Below, one piece after another: positions 36,856 to 49,480 of a stretch of 64,000 nt of DNA (position 1 is the stretch's first letter; each line of letters begins with the position of its first letter). A model generated the notes under the pieces. The model was not told the DNA's origin and ran no database searches. It was given only the letters and a program-made list of their open reading frames with translations. This DNA comes from Vicugna vicugna. Lineage: Eukaryota. The translations under genes were made by a program, and so were the position numbers. The stretch lies in assembly GCA_013265495.1 (NCBI GenBank), contig MU060007.1, forward strand, positions 6,445,040 through 6,509,039, written 5' to 3'.

Positions 36856-37441
36856 TGTGGTAAATTAAAGATGGCCACAATTTCTTTGTAACTCTTACCA
36901 TTATGAGGTGAGGTCTGACTCCCCTTCTCTTGATCTTAGTGACCTCCCTGACCAATAGAATGTAGTAGACATTCTGAGACTTCTGAGGCTGGCTTATCAA
37001 AAGTCTTAACCATTTCCATTCTGATAACTTGAAATGTTTTCTTGGGAGAAGCCAGCAATCATGTCAGAAGTCTATTCTGAGACTGCCTGGAAAAACGAGG
37101 AAGCCCAAGCTAACCGTTTGGGGAAACCACCCAGAAGTGAGAGGGAAGGAAGAAGGAGAGGGTTAAGGGGAAGTGAGGAAAGGAGGTGCGTGGGAAAAAT
37201 ATGCCAGATCAGCCCCCAGCTCTCCCTTCCATTCCTCAGCCCAGGCACCAGATGAGTAAGTAAAGAAGCCTTCAGTTAACTCCAGCTACAATCATGATTT
37301 GCCTACACATTTAAGAGGTATGGTAAACAAGAACTGCCCAGCTAAACCCATCAGCTTCCAGAACTATAAGACAAAATAATAAATTGTTTTAAACCCTAAG
37401 TTTTGGAGTAGTTTATTATAAAGGAGTAGGAACCTGGAGCG
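36856..37441 (+). mobile_element. MLT1F-like MaLR solo LTR
   Basis: tgtggtaaattaaagatggccacaatttcttt...tgaccaatagaatgtag...ttttaaaccctaagttttggagtagttt. Flanks GGTAG/GGTAT are a possible TSD. Confidence 0.85.
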
Positions 37442-39129
37442 GGTATCATGAACAAGTTCTTGTACATGTAGTGTAACAATCTAAATTGAGTCTTAATAGC
37501 TGTCAAGAAAAATGTGACTCATCCTTGAGAAGCTTTTGATTTAGTATGATACTCATTTGCTATAAAAAGACAAATGAGACATTTTATGGATTGAAACAAA
37601 ATAGAAAAGATCTTTAGGGACATGAAGTTTAAGCCAAAGTTATATTTTAAAAAAAAACCAATTATTTTAAATAGTGAATAGGATGGATATTATAGAGTAA
37701 GCAATGTGCTTTCTAAACCCACATGAGTCTTTGGAGACTAAAATTACATTATATAGAACAGTATTTCTAAAAATTAAAGTACAATATTTGTCATTTCTCC
37801 CAATAGATACTATATTAGATTTTTAAGAATTAGGTTAGAGTTTATTTAAAAATAAATTGTTTAGCGAAGAAATTATATGTTTCTATCCTACACTGAAAAA
37901 CTCAAATTAACAAATTTCTTTTGGTTTTAAATTTTAGAATTTCCTGCTACTATAGAGTTAAAGTCAGAATGCAGGGTTAACTTTTATTTGAAATTTTACT
38001 TGTAGAGGGGAAAAAATACCTGGTTTTAGGAAAGGAGAAAATGTGATTTCAGTGAGGCAGTTAGGGTTGGAAATTCTGCCAGCCTGCTGAACGATTTAGT
38101 GATGACCAACTGGAAGAAAAGTTTCTGCAAAAACAAGCAAACCAAAACCAAAACCAAAAACCAAAACAAAACAAAATTAAAAAAAAATTTACTTGATCAA
38201 GCTGTATATTTTACTCTTCATCTCATTTTAGTACTTTTGAATACTTTTTTCCTTAAAAGCATTTACTGTTTTATATTCCAACTTTATTGCTTAATCTCAA
38301 TGAAGGTTTAAGGATGATTCACTTTTTTTAGATTAATTTGTAATTTAATTATTTGTCATTGAGAATTGCCAAGTATAGGTAGGTACATTTTTACAAGGTG
38401 AATATAGAAACTAACATTTCTCAATTTGAAAATCATTGATTGTAGATATATTTATGTTCTATTTCCTTCTTAATTTGCAATGGTACTTGGTATCATTGCT
38501 TTGACCTCTTCACATTACTCAATTAAGTTATACCCTCACTGAACAGCATTTAATACTGTTTCATTGTCCCTGAATTGTACTCAGCATCTTCTTACCACTT
38601 TGTACTAAGGGATCTCATAAATAAGAGACTTATGAAACTCATTGCTATGTTTACTGGGAGGATTTTTTTTCTTTGAGGCTATGTTTCAATATATTTCATG
38701 GTGTCATTTTTATGAGGACCCACAGGAGAAATTTCTCTCTGGTCTTAGAACTAAAATAAACATGCTTCTCGTGAGTAGCTGATTTGTTTTTGCCTTATGA
38801 GTGCTGTGAAAAACGAACTTCATTGTGATTTTCTCCTTATACTGATTCTTAGAAATGTGTGACCCACCTTCAGTGGACACTATGGATGTATTTTGTCTAC
38901 TTTAGTCCTGTCTCCATCTTTTCTTAATTTAGCTTTGCTTCACTTTTCTCCCCAATTTTATTTTATCTTGTGTCTTTATGTATATGTGTCTTTGTTCTGT
39001 ACCTCAAATGTTTTCTGGAACAATATTAACATGTAAATAAACTAATAAATCATAAATTCTCCTCACACAGAGAATTGTTATAAGATTACTTTAGCCATTT
39101 TTCTCTTTGCTTTATGGAGCCTGTGCTAA

Positions 39130-39495
39130 GCTAATTAAAGCTAGCTAATGTAACAATCCCCATGGTTTAACACAATATTTATTTCTCACTTATGTCACAA
39201 TGGACTCAGATGTTCAGCATGCAATCTTCCACCTGGTCATTCGAGTACCATCATCTTCATGGGCCTCCACTCAGTCGTCTGAATTGACGCTGCCTGCCAC
39301 CATGCTACGAAGGGAAAGGCAGAGGCTCACACAGGGGCCAGGTCAGGAGGTGGCATGCACTACTTGTGCCTATATTCTACTATCTAGACCAATCCCAAGC
39401 TACCACCAGTATCCAAACCAATCATATGCTATGCAGATTTCTGTGTGTCTGAGAGGAAATTGGAATTTGGTTGAACACATAGCATCTCCTTCACA
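39130..39495 (-). mobile_element. MaLR solo LTR (MLT1J/K-like)
   Basis: atggtttaacacaatatttatttctcacttatgtca...ggccaggtcaggaggtggcatgcactacttgtgcc...atttggttgaacacatagcatctc. Confidence 0.7.
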
Positions 39496-39649
39496 GAGAC
39501 CTTCTTGTTTCTTGCTGGAATCTTACAGAGCACCTTTGTAAGAATTCAATATCCAGTGGTTATACATAATTTTGTAACTTTGCTGCAGTGGCTGCAAATC
39601 CTAATTCTTCTTGCTGCTACCCATTTTCCCAGAGTTGCACACTTCAGGC

Positions 39650-39793
39650 AATATACCATATCTGGAATCAGACTGACATGGGTTCAAATCCAAGATTTAC
39701 CCTAACTATTTAGCTTTGGGAAAGTTGTATGACTTGTCCACATCTTTCAGATAAGGAAAATAATGTTACTTACTTTATAGGTTGTTAGAAGGG
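39650..39793 (+). mobile_element. MIR, interrupted by an LTR insertion
   Basis: tcagactgacatgggttcaaatcc...ctttgggaaagttgtatgac...tactttataggttgttag. Confidence 0.75.
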
Positions 39794-40213
39794 TGTTGGG
39801 CTGCATCCTGCAGGCCTGCAAGCCTTGTAGTTGCCTAGCCTCAAGACCTAAAAAAAGAGCACAGAGACAGCAGCAGAGACATCAGTGGTTTAGTGATGAG
39901 GGGAACTTACAAGTCTACAGCAAAAGATGCTGGAGTAACCCCCTACTATGTACAGCAAATGGCAGGCAGAACAGGACAGTAATCTTCACTACTGGGGGAA
40001 GAAGGAGGCTACCATTTATAGGGGGAATTGATGTCAGGTTGGCTCATCAGTGACCAGGGAATCCAGCAACTGGGGCAGGGGACAAGAATGTAGGCACTTT
40101 ACTAAGCCCTATAATTAAGAAGATTGGATAGTTATGTGAGGGAAACTGGAATGGTTGAGTCAGGGGCAGGGATAGAGCAAGAGAACAGCCATCTTTAATG
40201 GCCTGACCATACA
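39794..40213 (-). mobile_element. 420-bp solo LTR (ERV1-type, family unassigned)
   Basis: Intact TG...CA termini (tgttggg...ccataca) with flanking 5-mers AAGGG/GAGGG. GC-richer than the flanks; splits a MIR. Confidence 0.75.
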
Positions 40214-40384
40214 GAGGGTCGACTGAGCTATTTCCTGATTCAGTGTTCTATTAGCAAATGGCTCAGTGACAACCCTCTTTTGGGATTCCACCTCCACATG
40301 TCACTTTTTAATTAACTTTCTGTCTTTCCTCAATAGATTGGCCATTGGAACATGTAGGTCTGAAATATTTAAAAAAAATGCTGA

Positions 40385-40505
40385 TACAGTACTAGAATGT
40401 AAGCTCTGAGGGCAGAGAATTTTGGGGGTTTTTTGTTTTTTTTCTGATCACTTATGTATCATCCTAAGTGTCCTCCAAAAAGACGCTCAATGAATGAATG
40501 CTGAA
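40385..40505 (+). mobile_element. L2 3' end
   Basis: actagaatgtaagctctgagggcagaga...gctcaatgaatgaatg. Confidence 0.7.
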
Positions 40506-40846
40506 AACAATGAGTGAATAGTGTGGTGGTTTGAACTATGTTTTGAGTGTGAGATTGTGATTTAGTTTTTAAAGTTCACTTTATCGAAGCATCAGTTACA
40601 TGGAATAAAACATTTATTTTTCTATCTATCTCATTCCTGTTCAGTGAGTTTGACAAATGTATACACTCATTAACCAACACCACAATTAAGTTAAAGAACA
40701 TTTCAACAATCCATGGTTTACTTTTACTTATATACTTTAAAAGCATTGATTTTTTAAATTACCTCTGAGCACCCTAACCCTTGATGCCCAGATATACTCA
40801 ATTAGAGCTCAAACTGCACTCAGTCCTATAAAAGTAGGACTCATTA

Positions 40847-41066
40847 CAGAATTTCTCACCAGGGAACTATTTACATTATGGACCAGATAACTCTTTGTTG
40901 ATGTTCATGTCTTGTGCATTATACAGGGTGCTTAGTTATATGTCTGGCATCTACCCACTAGATGCCAGTGGCACTCTCTCTCCCAAGCTGTGGTAACCAG
41001 CTATGTCTCCAGACATTACCAAAAGTCCCCTCCATTGGCGAAATTGTTCTGAGTTGAAAACCACTG
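40847..41066. mobile_element. MER20 (hAT-Charlie) DNA transposon, near full length
   Basis: TIR-like ends cagaatttctca / tgaaaaccactg; internal ggaccagataactctttgttg...ctacccactagatgccagtggcac...tgtctccagacatt. Confidence 0.9.
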
Positions 41067-44000
41067 CCCTATGTCCACCTCTTCAGGGCAAGATGAGTCC
41101 ACAGAACATACCCCTGGTCTGAGCCAATGCCTCTGCACTTGCTGAGATCCACTGGCAGAATTTCCATGCTTCATCCTTCTCAGCAAAGGCTCAACTACCT
41201 TAGGATCCTGCATCCCGATGGCACATTGCCTCCTCCCTTCTCTGCCATCAGTGTGTGCCATCCACTGCCTGTAGTCTCGAACATTTATAGGCTTCTATTG
41301 ATCCTCCCCTCTGTTCCACACTGAATCCAGGGCAGATGGGAAGTGGTATTAAAACTTGCTTTTGTTCTATTCCTGCCTTGTGAATCTGTGTTCTCTGTGG
41401 CCCACTCATTGAGAAGGTAATGAACCTATCTTCAGTTCTACCTTTAGAAATAGACAATTAGTTTTTAATTAAATGAACACATGTGCTTAGCATTGTATCC
41501 GGCAAGTAGTAATGCTCAGTACATAGCAACTCTTATTATTAAATCCATACCACTGTTTCTCTGTGCTGCTGGTATTTTCCCCTTGTTTCCTTGTACTGAG
41601 ATCATTCCTACTTTCATCATACTTGCCACACTTTCTCTGTTTGTCTTAAGCTTTTGTATTAAGGCCACAGTCTGTGCTCATGTGACCCAAAGATACTTAA
41701 TTCTCAAGCCACCCAAACATATCTGTCCTCCTGATCTGATCACACATTCCTCAGCTTTTGATATAACATTAAAATAAAATAAGCTCCTTAGGAAATCCCA
41801 TTATTATTTGATTGGGAAGGAATGGCTCTCCTGATTAGAGCCACAGGGAAGACCATCCTCTGAAGGGAAAAACCCAGACACTGTGTGTCTGATAGTTTCC
41901 TTATTTTCTCACTACCCTTCCCTAGAAGAGATATGGAACTCCATACTTACACCTTGTGTACTTTTTGAATAACAAAGGTAAACAGAACATTTGATTTAAA
42001 AAATCCTACATTTCATTAAATGTAAATAAAATAATTTTTAAAAAAAGAATACAAACTTAAGATGTGAGAGAACGCCTCTTAACTCACCAGATAAGGAAAC
42101 TAGAATATTGTTCATTTATTATGTGAAGGAGAACTCAAATCCTGCAGGAAACCTTGAGTATAGAGGACTATTAAAGAAGTCTGGGTTATTATTATTATAT
42201 TCTGTATTATTAACAGAAGTATAGGTTATTATAAACTTGGAAAAATTGTTTGAAGTGGTTGCATAACCATCAGCACAAACTTGGCTTTTGACACTCAACA
42301 TTTGGGGATGTGAGATCCAAAATCCTTATTGCTCAACCTATTATAATATCTGGTATTTTCCAAAGTCTTTTCAGAAACTCAAAAGCTGAGTTTTTTTTTT
42401 TTTTTTTACATTCTCTTTGCATTCCTACTGTAGAAATCCTATTCTGAAAGGAGGAAATTGTGGGAGAGGGCGGGGCTAAAGGTCAATTATAGTTAATAAA
42501 AAACAGGGGATGAATTAAAAGTTATTTTTACTACCTGAAATAAAATAATTGATTTGAGTTATATTTACCTCTGAGAGCAGTCTTGGGTATATACTGGGGA
42601 TGTAGATAAATCTGACTTCAAGGGAATAAAAAATTCTAATACTTTTCCCATCATTCTCAAGAGGAAAGTAAAACCTTTGTTTCTAGTATTAGAGACAAAA
42701 GCTTAGATACATATTAAGAAGAGGAGTAAGAATTTGATTTAAATTAACAGTCTAAGGCTTTTCTAGAAGGAAAGATTACCTAGGGAACGGGGAGGGGGGT
42801 GTTGACATCTGGAAGCAGCAAGGGATTAGAACAACATACAAGATGAATAAAGACAATATTTGCAGAACCCACAAAATTTTGTTTAGAACAATATTTTTGC
42901 TTCCTCTCTCTCTTTTACAAAAGCCATGAACATTTGGTGGAAAATATACAGATACAGAGTTGTAATCACTTTACAGCTTTAAAGAAGCTGGAATTCCACA
43001 CACAAAAAATTACAGAAACAGGTGTTAGAGATTAAGGATGCCAAATTTAAATATATCAGGAAACTAAGATGATAGATTCCTAAGTCTGAATCATAAAGAC
43101 CAAAGAAGTCTGACAAGGTGATTTGATCATAATAATATTAACAGGAGAATATATAACCCATTAACTTTATATTGGAGCACTAATGTTCTCTGAAGACTTT
43201 CCAAGTTAACAGAAATCAAAGCCCAAGTAAAAGGAATAATGATTCTACAGATAATTTCAGACAACATAAGGAGGAAGAAAGTTCTTCATGTCTATTTTTG
43301 TTCAATTAGGAGAGACTATTCTGGACAAAATTTAAAATATTCAGGTGGTTTCTAAGCCATGTAAGTATTATGACATTACTGTAGATTTTAGATAGTTTCT
43401 TTCCTTGGCATGAGTGCAATTATATAATTTACATGTCATATTTTAGATTACAATTTTTTTTAGGTATTTGAAATTAGTGTCTTTGATAATCATTTTTAAA
43501 CAACCCAATAGTTTCAACTTTTCTATGTTGGTTAGAAAGTTATGTTCAACTTGAAAGTACAAGAAAACATGATTATTTTAATTATGTTTTAACAAAATTT
43601 CATTGTTTCTACCAATATTAAATCATTTTTCTCTCTTTCAAGCATATTATGGTACATATTACAGTATATAATTTTAAAGAGAAATTTAAGGGACCTATAT
43701 TAAAACTTTATAATTTTAGCTATTTTTTGTACTAATGATTCTATTTGTAAATGCAGTACATAATGTTAGATATAATGGTCTAATTGTATGTGATTTTATT
43801 AATGAGCCAGTTAAGATTATAAATAACATAAGGAAAATTTGGATTTTCTGGAGAAAGTAAATACAGAAAATTTATAAACAATTTTCCAAGAAAATGCTAT
43901 CTCATATCTTGAAGAATATGTAGCATATTAAATTTGGTTATAGTATACAAAATGACTATAAGGGAAAATGGAATAATATTCAAAGATAAAAAAACTAACC

Positions 44001-45638
44001 AAAGTGAAATAGAGGATTTAGGTCAGATCTTTTCCTTGTGAAATAGACAGATAACTGAAACAAAGAAATGGATTTTGGCAAAACCTTAATGCTCCATTTC
44101 ACTTCACTTTGGTGCCTGTAGAAGTAAGTGTATTATAAATTTTTAATACAATTTTTAAAAAACAACAAAAATTAAATTGATTTTGAAAGGGGAGGTGATC
44201 AAACAATAAAAAAGTCAATTTGTCTTGAATAGGATACAATATTTTAGGTTTATTAATAACTAACTAAATTTAAAGCAGATGTATATAGAAGGTTTCCAGT
44301 GTTATCTAAAATTTCCTGACAGTGCATAGATTTTCTTTGAATAACAATTGGCCTGTAAGAGACCAAAGCTAGTTTCATCAATTTTCAGCTGTTAAAAAAA
44401 AGGATAATGTTGCTTAAATTTGTTTGTTCCTTCTCAGATTTTGTTGGTAAATTCTGTAATGTGTTTCTGAAAATAATATAGACTGACAAGTGCTTCAGTA
44501 CTGACACAGAAAAGAATAGAGTATGAAATTTTATTAATCTTATTCAGCTTAATATTTTGTTTATTTAAAACAAACATTTATTTTCTGAAGTATGAGGTAA
44601 TTCTTTTTAAAAAGAAGAATGGATTAAGTAATTAAAATATTAAAGGACTAAAGAAAAATCTCCCAAATTATTTAACTTTAAAAAATCAATGTGATCATAT
44701 TATTAAATGTGTCCTGGTTTTAGGCAGCATGGTGAGAACAGAGTGGTAATTGCAGTGCTTCTTTTGAGCTTACTCTTATGCAGCCTGAAGGTAGAAGAGA
44801 ATGTTTTGGAAGATGTTCAACATTTAATTACCTTAATTCTGATTTTTCCTAATAAATGTTAATACTTTAGACCAATTGAATTCAAATGCTTATTTTATAT
44901 TGTGTAGTACACAGAACACATCAGAACTAATAAAAAATGTAAATGAAAAAAGGAAAATGGCTAACGTTCCTTAGAATTCTTTCTCTTTACCAGCACATTA
45001 AAAAAAGCCCAGTCTGCTATGGCTGTGAATAATCTTGCCTATGTACACATAAATGGAATCAGAAATCATAAAGAATGATAGATGTTTTTTATCAAATTTT
45101 AATTACAACTGTGTGCAATGTTGAACTATAAAATAATTTAATGAGATTAAGCAGAAAATTAACCACAGTAAGAAAGCAGAATTTTTATAGTAGTAACAGG
45201 TTTTACCTCCCAGCAATGCAGATTTCAGTTTTTCTTGCTGATCATTAAATTCTGTTTTCTAAGGATAAAACAGATATAGATGCAAAGATAGAAGCCATAT
45301 AGCCAAAAAGAACTTTCAAACTCCTCAGACCACTAGTCCTATTAGCCCAGCAGTCTGTCTCTGATGATGATACCCAGTCACTTTGTGGGAGCACATGAAT
45401 ATGGTTCTTAAAGATCAGGGTCCACATAGATTTCATCAATGAAACCTTATTCTGGAGCACATCTAACTTCCACAAGCATAATGAAATGGTTGTTTACATC
45501 ACTAAATTTGGGGTAGCTTTTAATGCCTCAATACATAGCTGGAACAGAATGAGGTGCTGCCATTGTTTCTGGGGTCAGGCAGTGGGCAGTCTTCCTGTGT
45601 GTGTCTGTGTTGTTAGATGTCATTCTGTTGTCTTGGAC

Positions 45639-45776
45639 NNNNNNNNNNNNNNNNNNNNNNNNNNNNNNNNNNNNNNNNNNNNNNNNNNNNNNNNNNNNNN
45701 NNNNNNNNNNNNNNNNNNNNNNNNNNNNNNNNNNNNNNNNNNNNNNNNNNNNNNNNNNNNNNNNNNNNNNNNNNNN
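45639..45776. other. Assembly gap (138 N)
   Basis: Run of N. The right flank ttttggggggcacagtttaacccaccaca resembles an MLT1 terminus. Confidence 1.
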
Positions 45777-47761
45777 CTAGGTGTTCTGATTTTAATATAC
45801 ATTTTGGGGGGCACAGTTTAACCCACCACAATGGAGCACTGGAAAAGTGGAAGGGGTCTGGCCAGGGCACCAGCACCATTGGCTGCAAGATCTTTCTAAG
45901 TTCCCAGTTTCCTCATGCATTCGGTCTTTTGATATACTGATTTGCTGATACAGTGAAAAATTTTCAGATAGCAATTTTCATATCTTTGAATATTCTTCTT
46001 GCCTAAACTGTCTTTTTCCCACTCTGTTTGGTGAAAGTCTCCTTATCTTTAAGATGTACTATTATATCCTGAGGGCAGCCTTCTCTGGCTCTCCCAGTCT
46101 CTGTATACCAAGTCACTCCACTAAATGAGCTTGTTTATTAACTCACTGAAATAATTTTAATGTATATCATTTGGAACAGTGATATACACTAGATATGGTG
46201 CTAGGTTATTAGGGATACAGACCTTAGCCCTAAGGTTGGTTATAGTTTATTAGGGGACACAGAAGATAAAAAATTATAACAAAGTGGTAAGGTGGTCATT
46301 GCATGCTATGGCCACTCAGAGGAAGAACTCCAAGCCCAGACAATGGCAGAGATGCAAAGGATGACACAAGTCAGGAGAATTTTGACACAATTAAGATTAA
46401 TATCTTAAATACAAAAAAAAATTTTTTTTAGTCAGTCCTTTAATGAAGCACCTATTTTTGACTCTATCAATGTTTCTACTAGTTATTTACTTGTTTTCTT
46501 AATTCATTCATTAAATCACTCATTCATTAAATTTGACAGTTATTTCTGGATTAAGGCACTGAGTTAAGTTCTGTCAGACATATATCTGAGCTGTTTTAAA
46601 ACAAACATTGAGTATAGGTAATGGAATAAAATATACTCTCCTTTAAAGTTAATGGAGCAACTTATTTTGAACTGTTGATTAAGCTATATTTATCTATAAT
46701 TGATTAGCTTCCTAGAAAAAATATTGGCAATCTGTAATTTGTATATCTCAAAGCAGTCCTTAAATATCCCAAAGGTAATTTTCCTCAACAGACATTTTAA
46801 AATGCCTGCAATTATTTACAAGTGATGATTGTCTGCAGTAGTAATTTTCTTGTCTTAATGGAAATAAGCTGCTTATTATTTTTAAAAAAGTGTGTCAACC
46901 ATGATTCCTGCTTAGAATGCTGCCTTTTCTCCAGAAGCTGATAAAATACTCAATTTTCTACCGACAGTGCAGTAAAATGTGAGGAAAGACACCAAACTTC
47001 AAAAACTGACATAATAAAAATCCACACTGTCTTTTGATGGATTGATTTTAATAACATTACCCTTAAAATAGCAATTTTGGGGAGCAAAAGTGCTTTATTT
47101 TTACATTTGTCAGTCAAAGATTTATATGCATTCATATTATTAATACAAATAGATACATAATGTTTCACCAGTTCATCTAATTTCTTGTATCCATAATATT
47201 ACATAATAAAAGAGTAACTTTAGTTGACTTCTCCTTACTATAGCCATACCTTATATTTAGAGAATATAAAAATAAGGATGAACCAGAAATATTAGATTAA
47301 TTTGTTCAGAGAAAGGGTGTTAGCTTTTTCTTTCTAAATCAGTCTAGAAAGTTTTGGCAAATGTTTTTTGTCAGATGTCTTTTATAGCCACATTAAGTAA
47401 GAAAAACTGATACACATTTTTTTTCTTTCTTTTAAATGTGACTTATAAGAACCTGAAATTCATATAGGTGAGACGATGGAAATAAAAAGGTTTCAGCTAG
47501 GCCTTTTTGAAGGAGTTATTCTGCTAAACATGGTCTTAGGTTGTCTGACAGGTCAACTATTGAAACTTTTTGTGACAGTATCAACATTAGCTTTTCATGA
47601 TTCATTTTCGGCTGGTAAGAAGTCAGCAGAAACTTCTGCAGGGCATATATATTAGTAGCAAATGATTTAAAAATACCACAAAGACTATAAGCCCGGTTGT
47701 GCCACTCTGCTTCAACAATAGATCCTTCCAACAAGCCTCACCTATCTAATTAAGTAAGTTT

Positions 47762-47832
47762 TAAATCTCTAAATCTCCTTTCTTTCCTCTTTCCTCTTTC
47801 CCTACCTTTTTTCTTTTCTTTCTTTTTCCTTG
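47762..47832. repeat. Polypyrimidine (CT/CTTT-rich) low-complexity tract
   Basis: Seen directly. Confidence 0.8.
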
Positions 47833-48889
47833 AAGAAATTGTTTTCATTTGTTATTAGCAGGAATTCATGCGTGGTGTGGCTTGACAGTATTTCAGGTCA
47901 TCGGAATGCAAGACTGCTTCCTTGAAGCATTTTTGTGCTGCTGTTTTAAAAACTAATAATAATTTTAAAAAATCAATTGGCATTAATAAAAATAACAGTG
48001 TGAAATAAAAAAAAATGGTTCTATTGTTCAGGTAAAGAAATCTGACTTTTCCAGAACACTGACTGCTCAGTTACCCAATTAGTAAGTGATGGGGTCTACA
48101 TGGGTTTTAAATTCAGTTTAACTGAAAGCCTGGCCTTTTAAATAAAAACATATGGAAGTTTCAATTTTACAAGTAGAGAAACATTGGTATTGCTTTCATT
48201 ATTTCATTATCATAATTGTATTATTTCATCCCATTATCTAGCCTTTGGTGCTGGCTCTAGGGCTTCACTGCTTTTACTTCCACATTCTGGTAAAATTTCA
48301 GGTCAGAAAACATCTGGCTGTTAGGAGCACAACTCCTTCACCCAGAAATCCGAGAAGATTTGGGCACTCCATTAGGCCACTAATTGTCTCTCATTTTAAT
48401 TTGTGATTCACATAGTTAGTAAGGATCAATACAGTTGGATATTATTAACACTCAGATGATAGAAGGAGCAAGTGGCAGTAGTTCACAATCTGGCAGAATT
48501 CTACATAATGATCCTCTAACGCCTTTCAGTTAGAGTTCTTAGTGAAGGGTCACTTCACACAGCTTGGTACCTTACTCTTATCAACCCTGGAGTGAGGGGA
48601 GAAGGATAGGGGTAGGAAACCATTATTCAAGCTACTAAATTTTCCCTTTTGACCACAATCTTGTCTGTAAGTCCAAAGTTTTGGATGAAGAAATGTTCTG
48701 TGGATAACAAACTTTCTCTAAAAGCTTGCCCCCTCAAAAGACAGAAACTTGTCTATTTTTGTCCTTCCTCATTCTGTCCTATTAAGGCATGATGGATCTA
48801 CCAGCATACAGATATTTTCTGTTACTTTGCACCTTAAAAAATTCCTCCCTTGATTCTTTTTTTTCAGTGTTGCTACTGGCTTATTTCTC

Positions 48890-49480
48890 TGATTCAATCC
48901 ATAAACTCATTAAATTCATTGTTTTCATATAGTATTTCTATTTCCTTATCTCTCACTTGCTCCATCTCACTCCAGTCTGGCTTCCACCTTTACCACTCTG
49001 TTATATCTTGTCAACATTACCAGTGTTCTACATTTTGTCAGCTCCTCTGTTCATTTTTCTCTGGTCACTTATCATCTTATTGGAAAGTAGTGAAAGATCT
49101 TTTGACCATTCCCTCTTTTTTTCTTTGTCCTAAAAATATTGTTTCTGGCTGTTAAGTTAAGAATGACTAGGAGAGGGCCAAGAATGGATTCTAGGAGACT
49201 TGTGGGAATTCTGATGGTGATAGTAGAGTTTGATGACAGACAATAGCAGGTTGGACTGGGATGTTCATAATGGAGATTAAGATGAATAAAAAAATGATAT
49301 TTGGGAGGTAAAACTGGAAGTTCTTGGGGACTGATGAAATTTGGTTCAGTTTTGAGTATGTTGAAATTGAGGAACTCCTGAGATGTCGAAATAGAGATAT
49401 TGAATAGATATTGCTCAACAGTGGATAGGAATTTCAGAGAATGCTGAGATAAAACTAATTTAGAGCATAATCAATTTAGA
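48890..49480. mobile_element. Adjacent L2 fragments in opposite orientations
   Basis: Plus-type ccagtctggcttccacctttaccactct (about 48950-49140), then minus-type agttttgagtatgttgaaattgagg (about 49190-49430). Confidence 0.55.

Noticed and set aside
46355-46372. caaaggatgacacaa, resembling part of U6 snRNA
   Set aside because: The match is only about 12 nt and the flanks show no U6 similarity.
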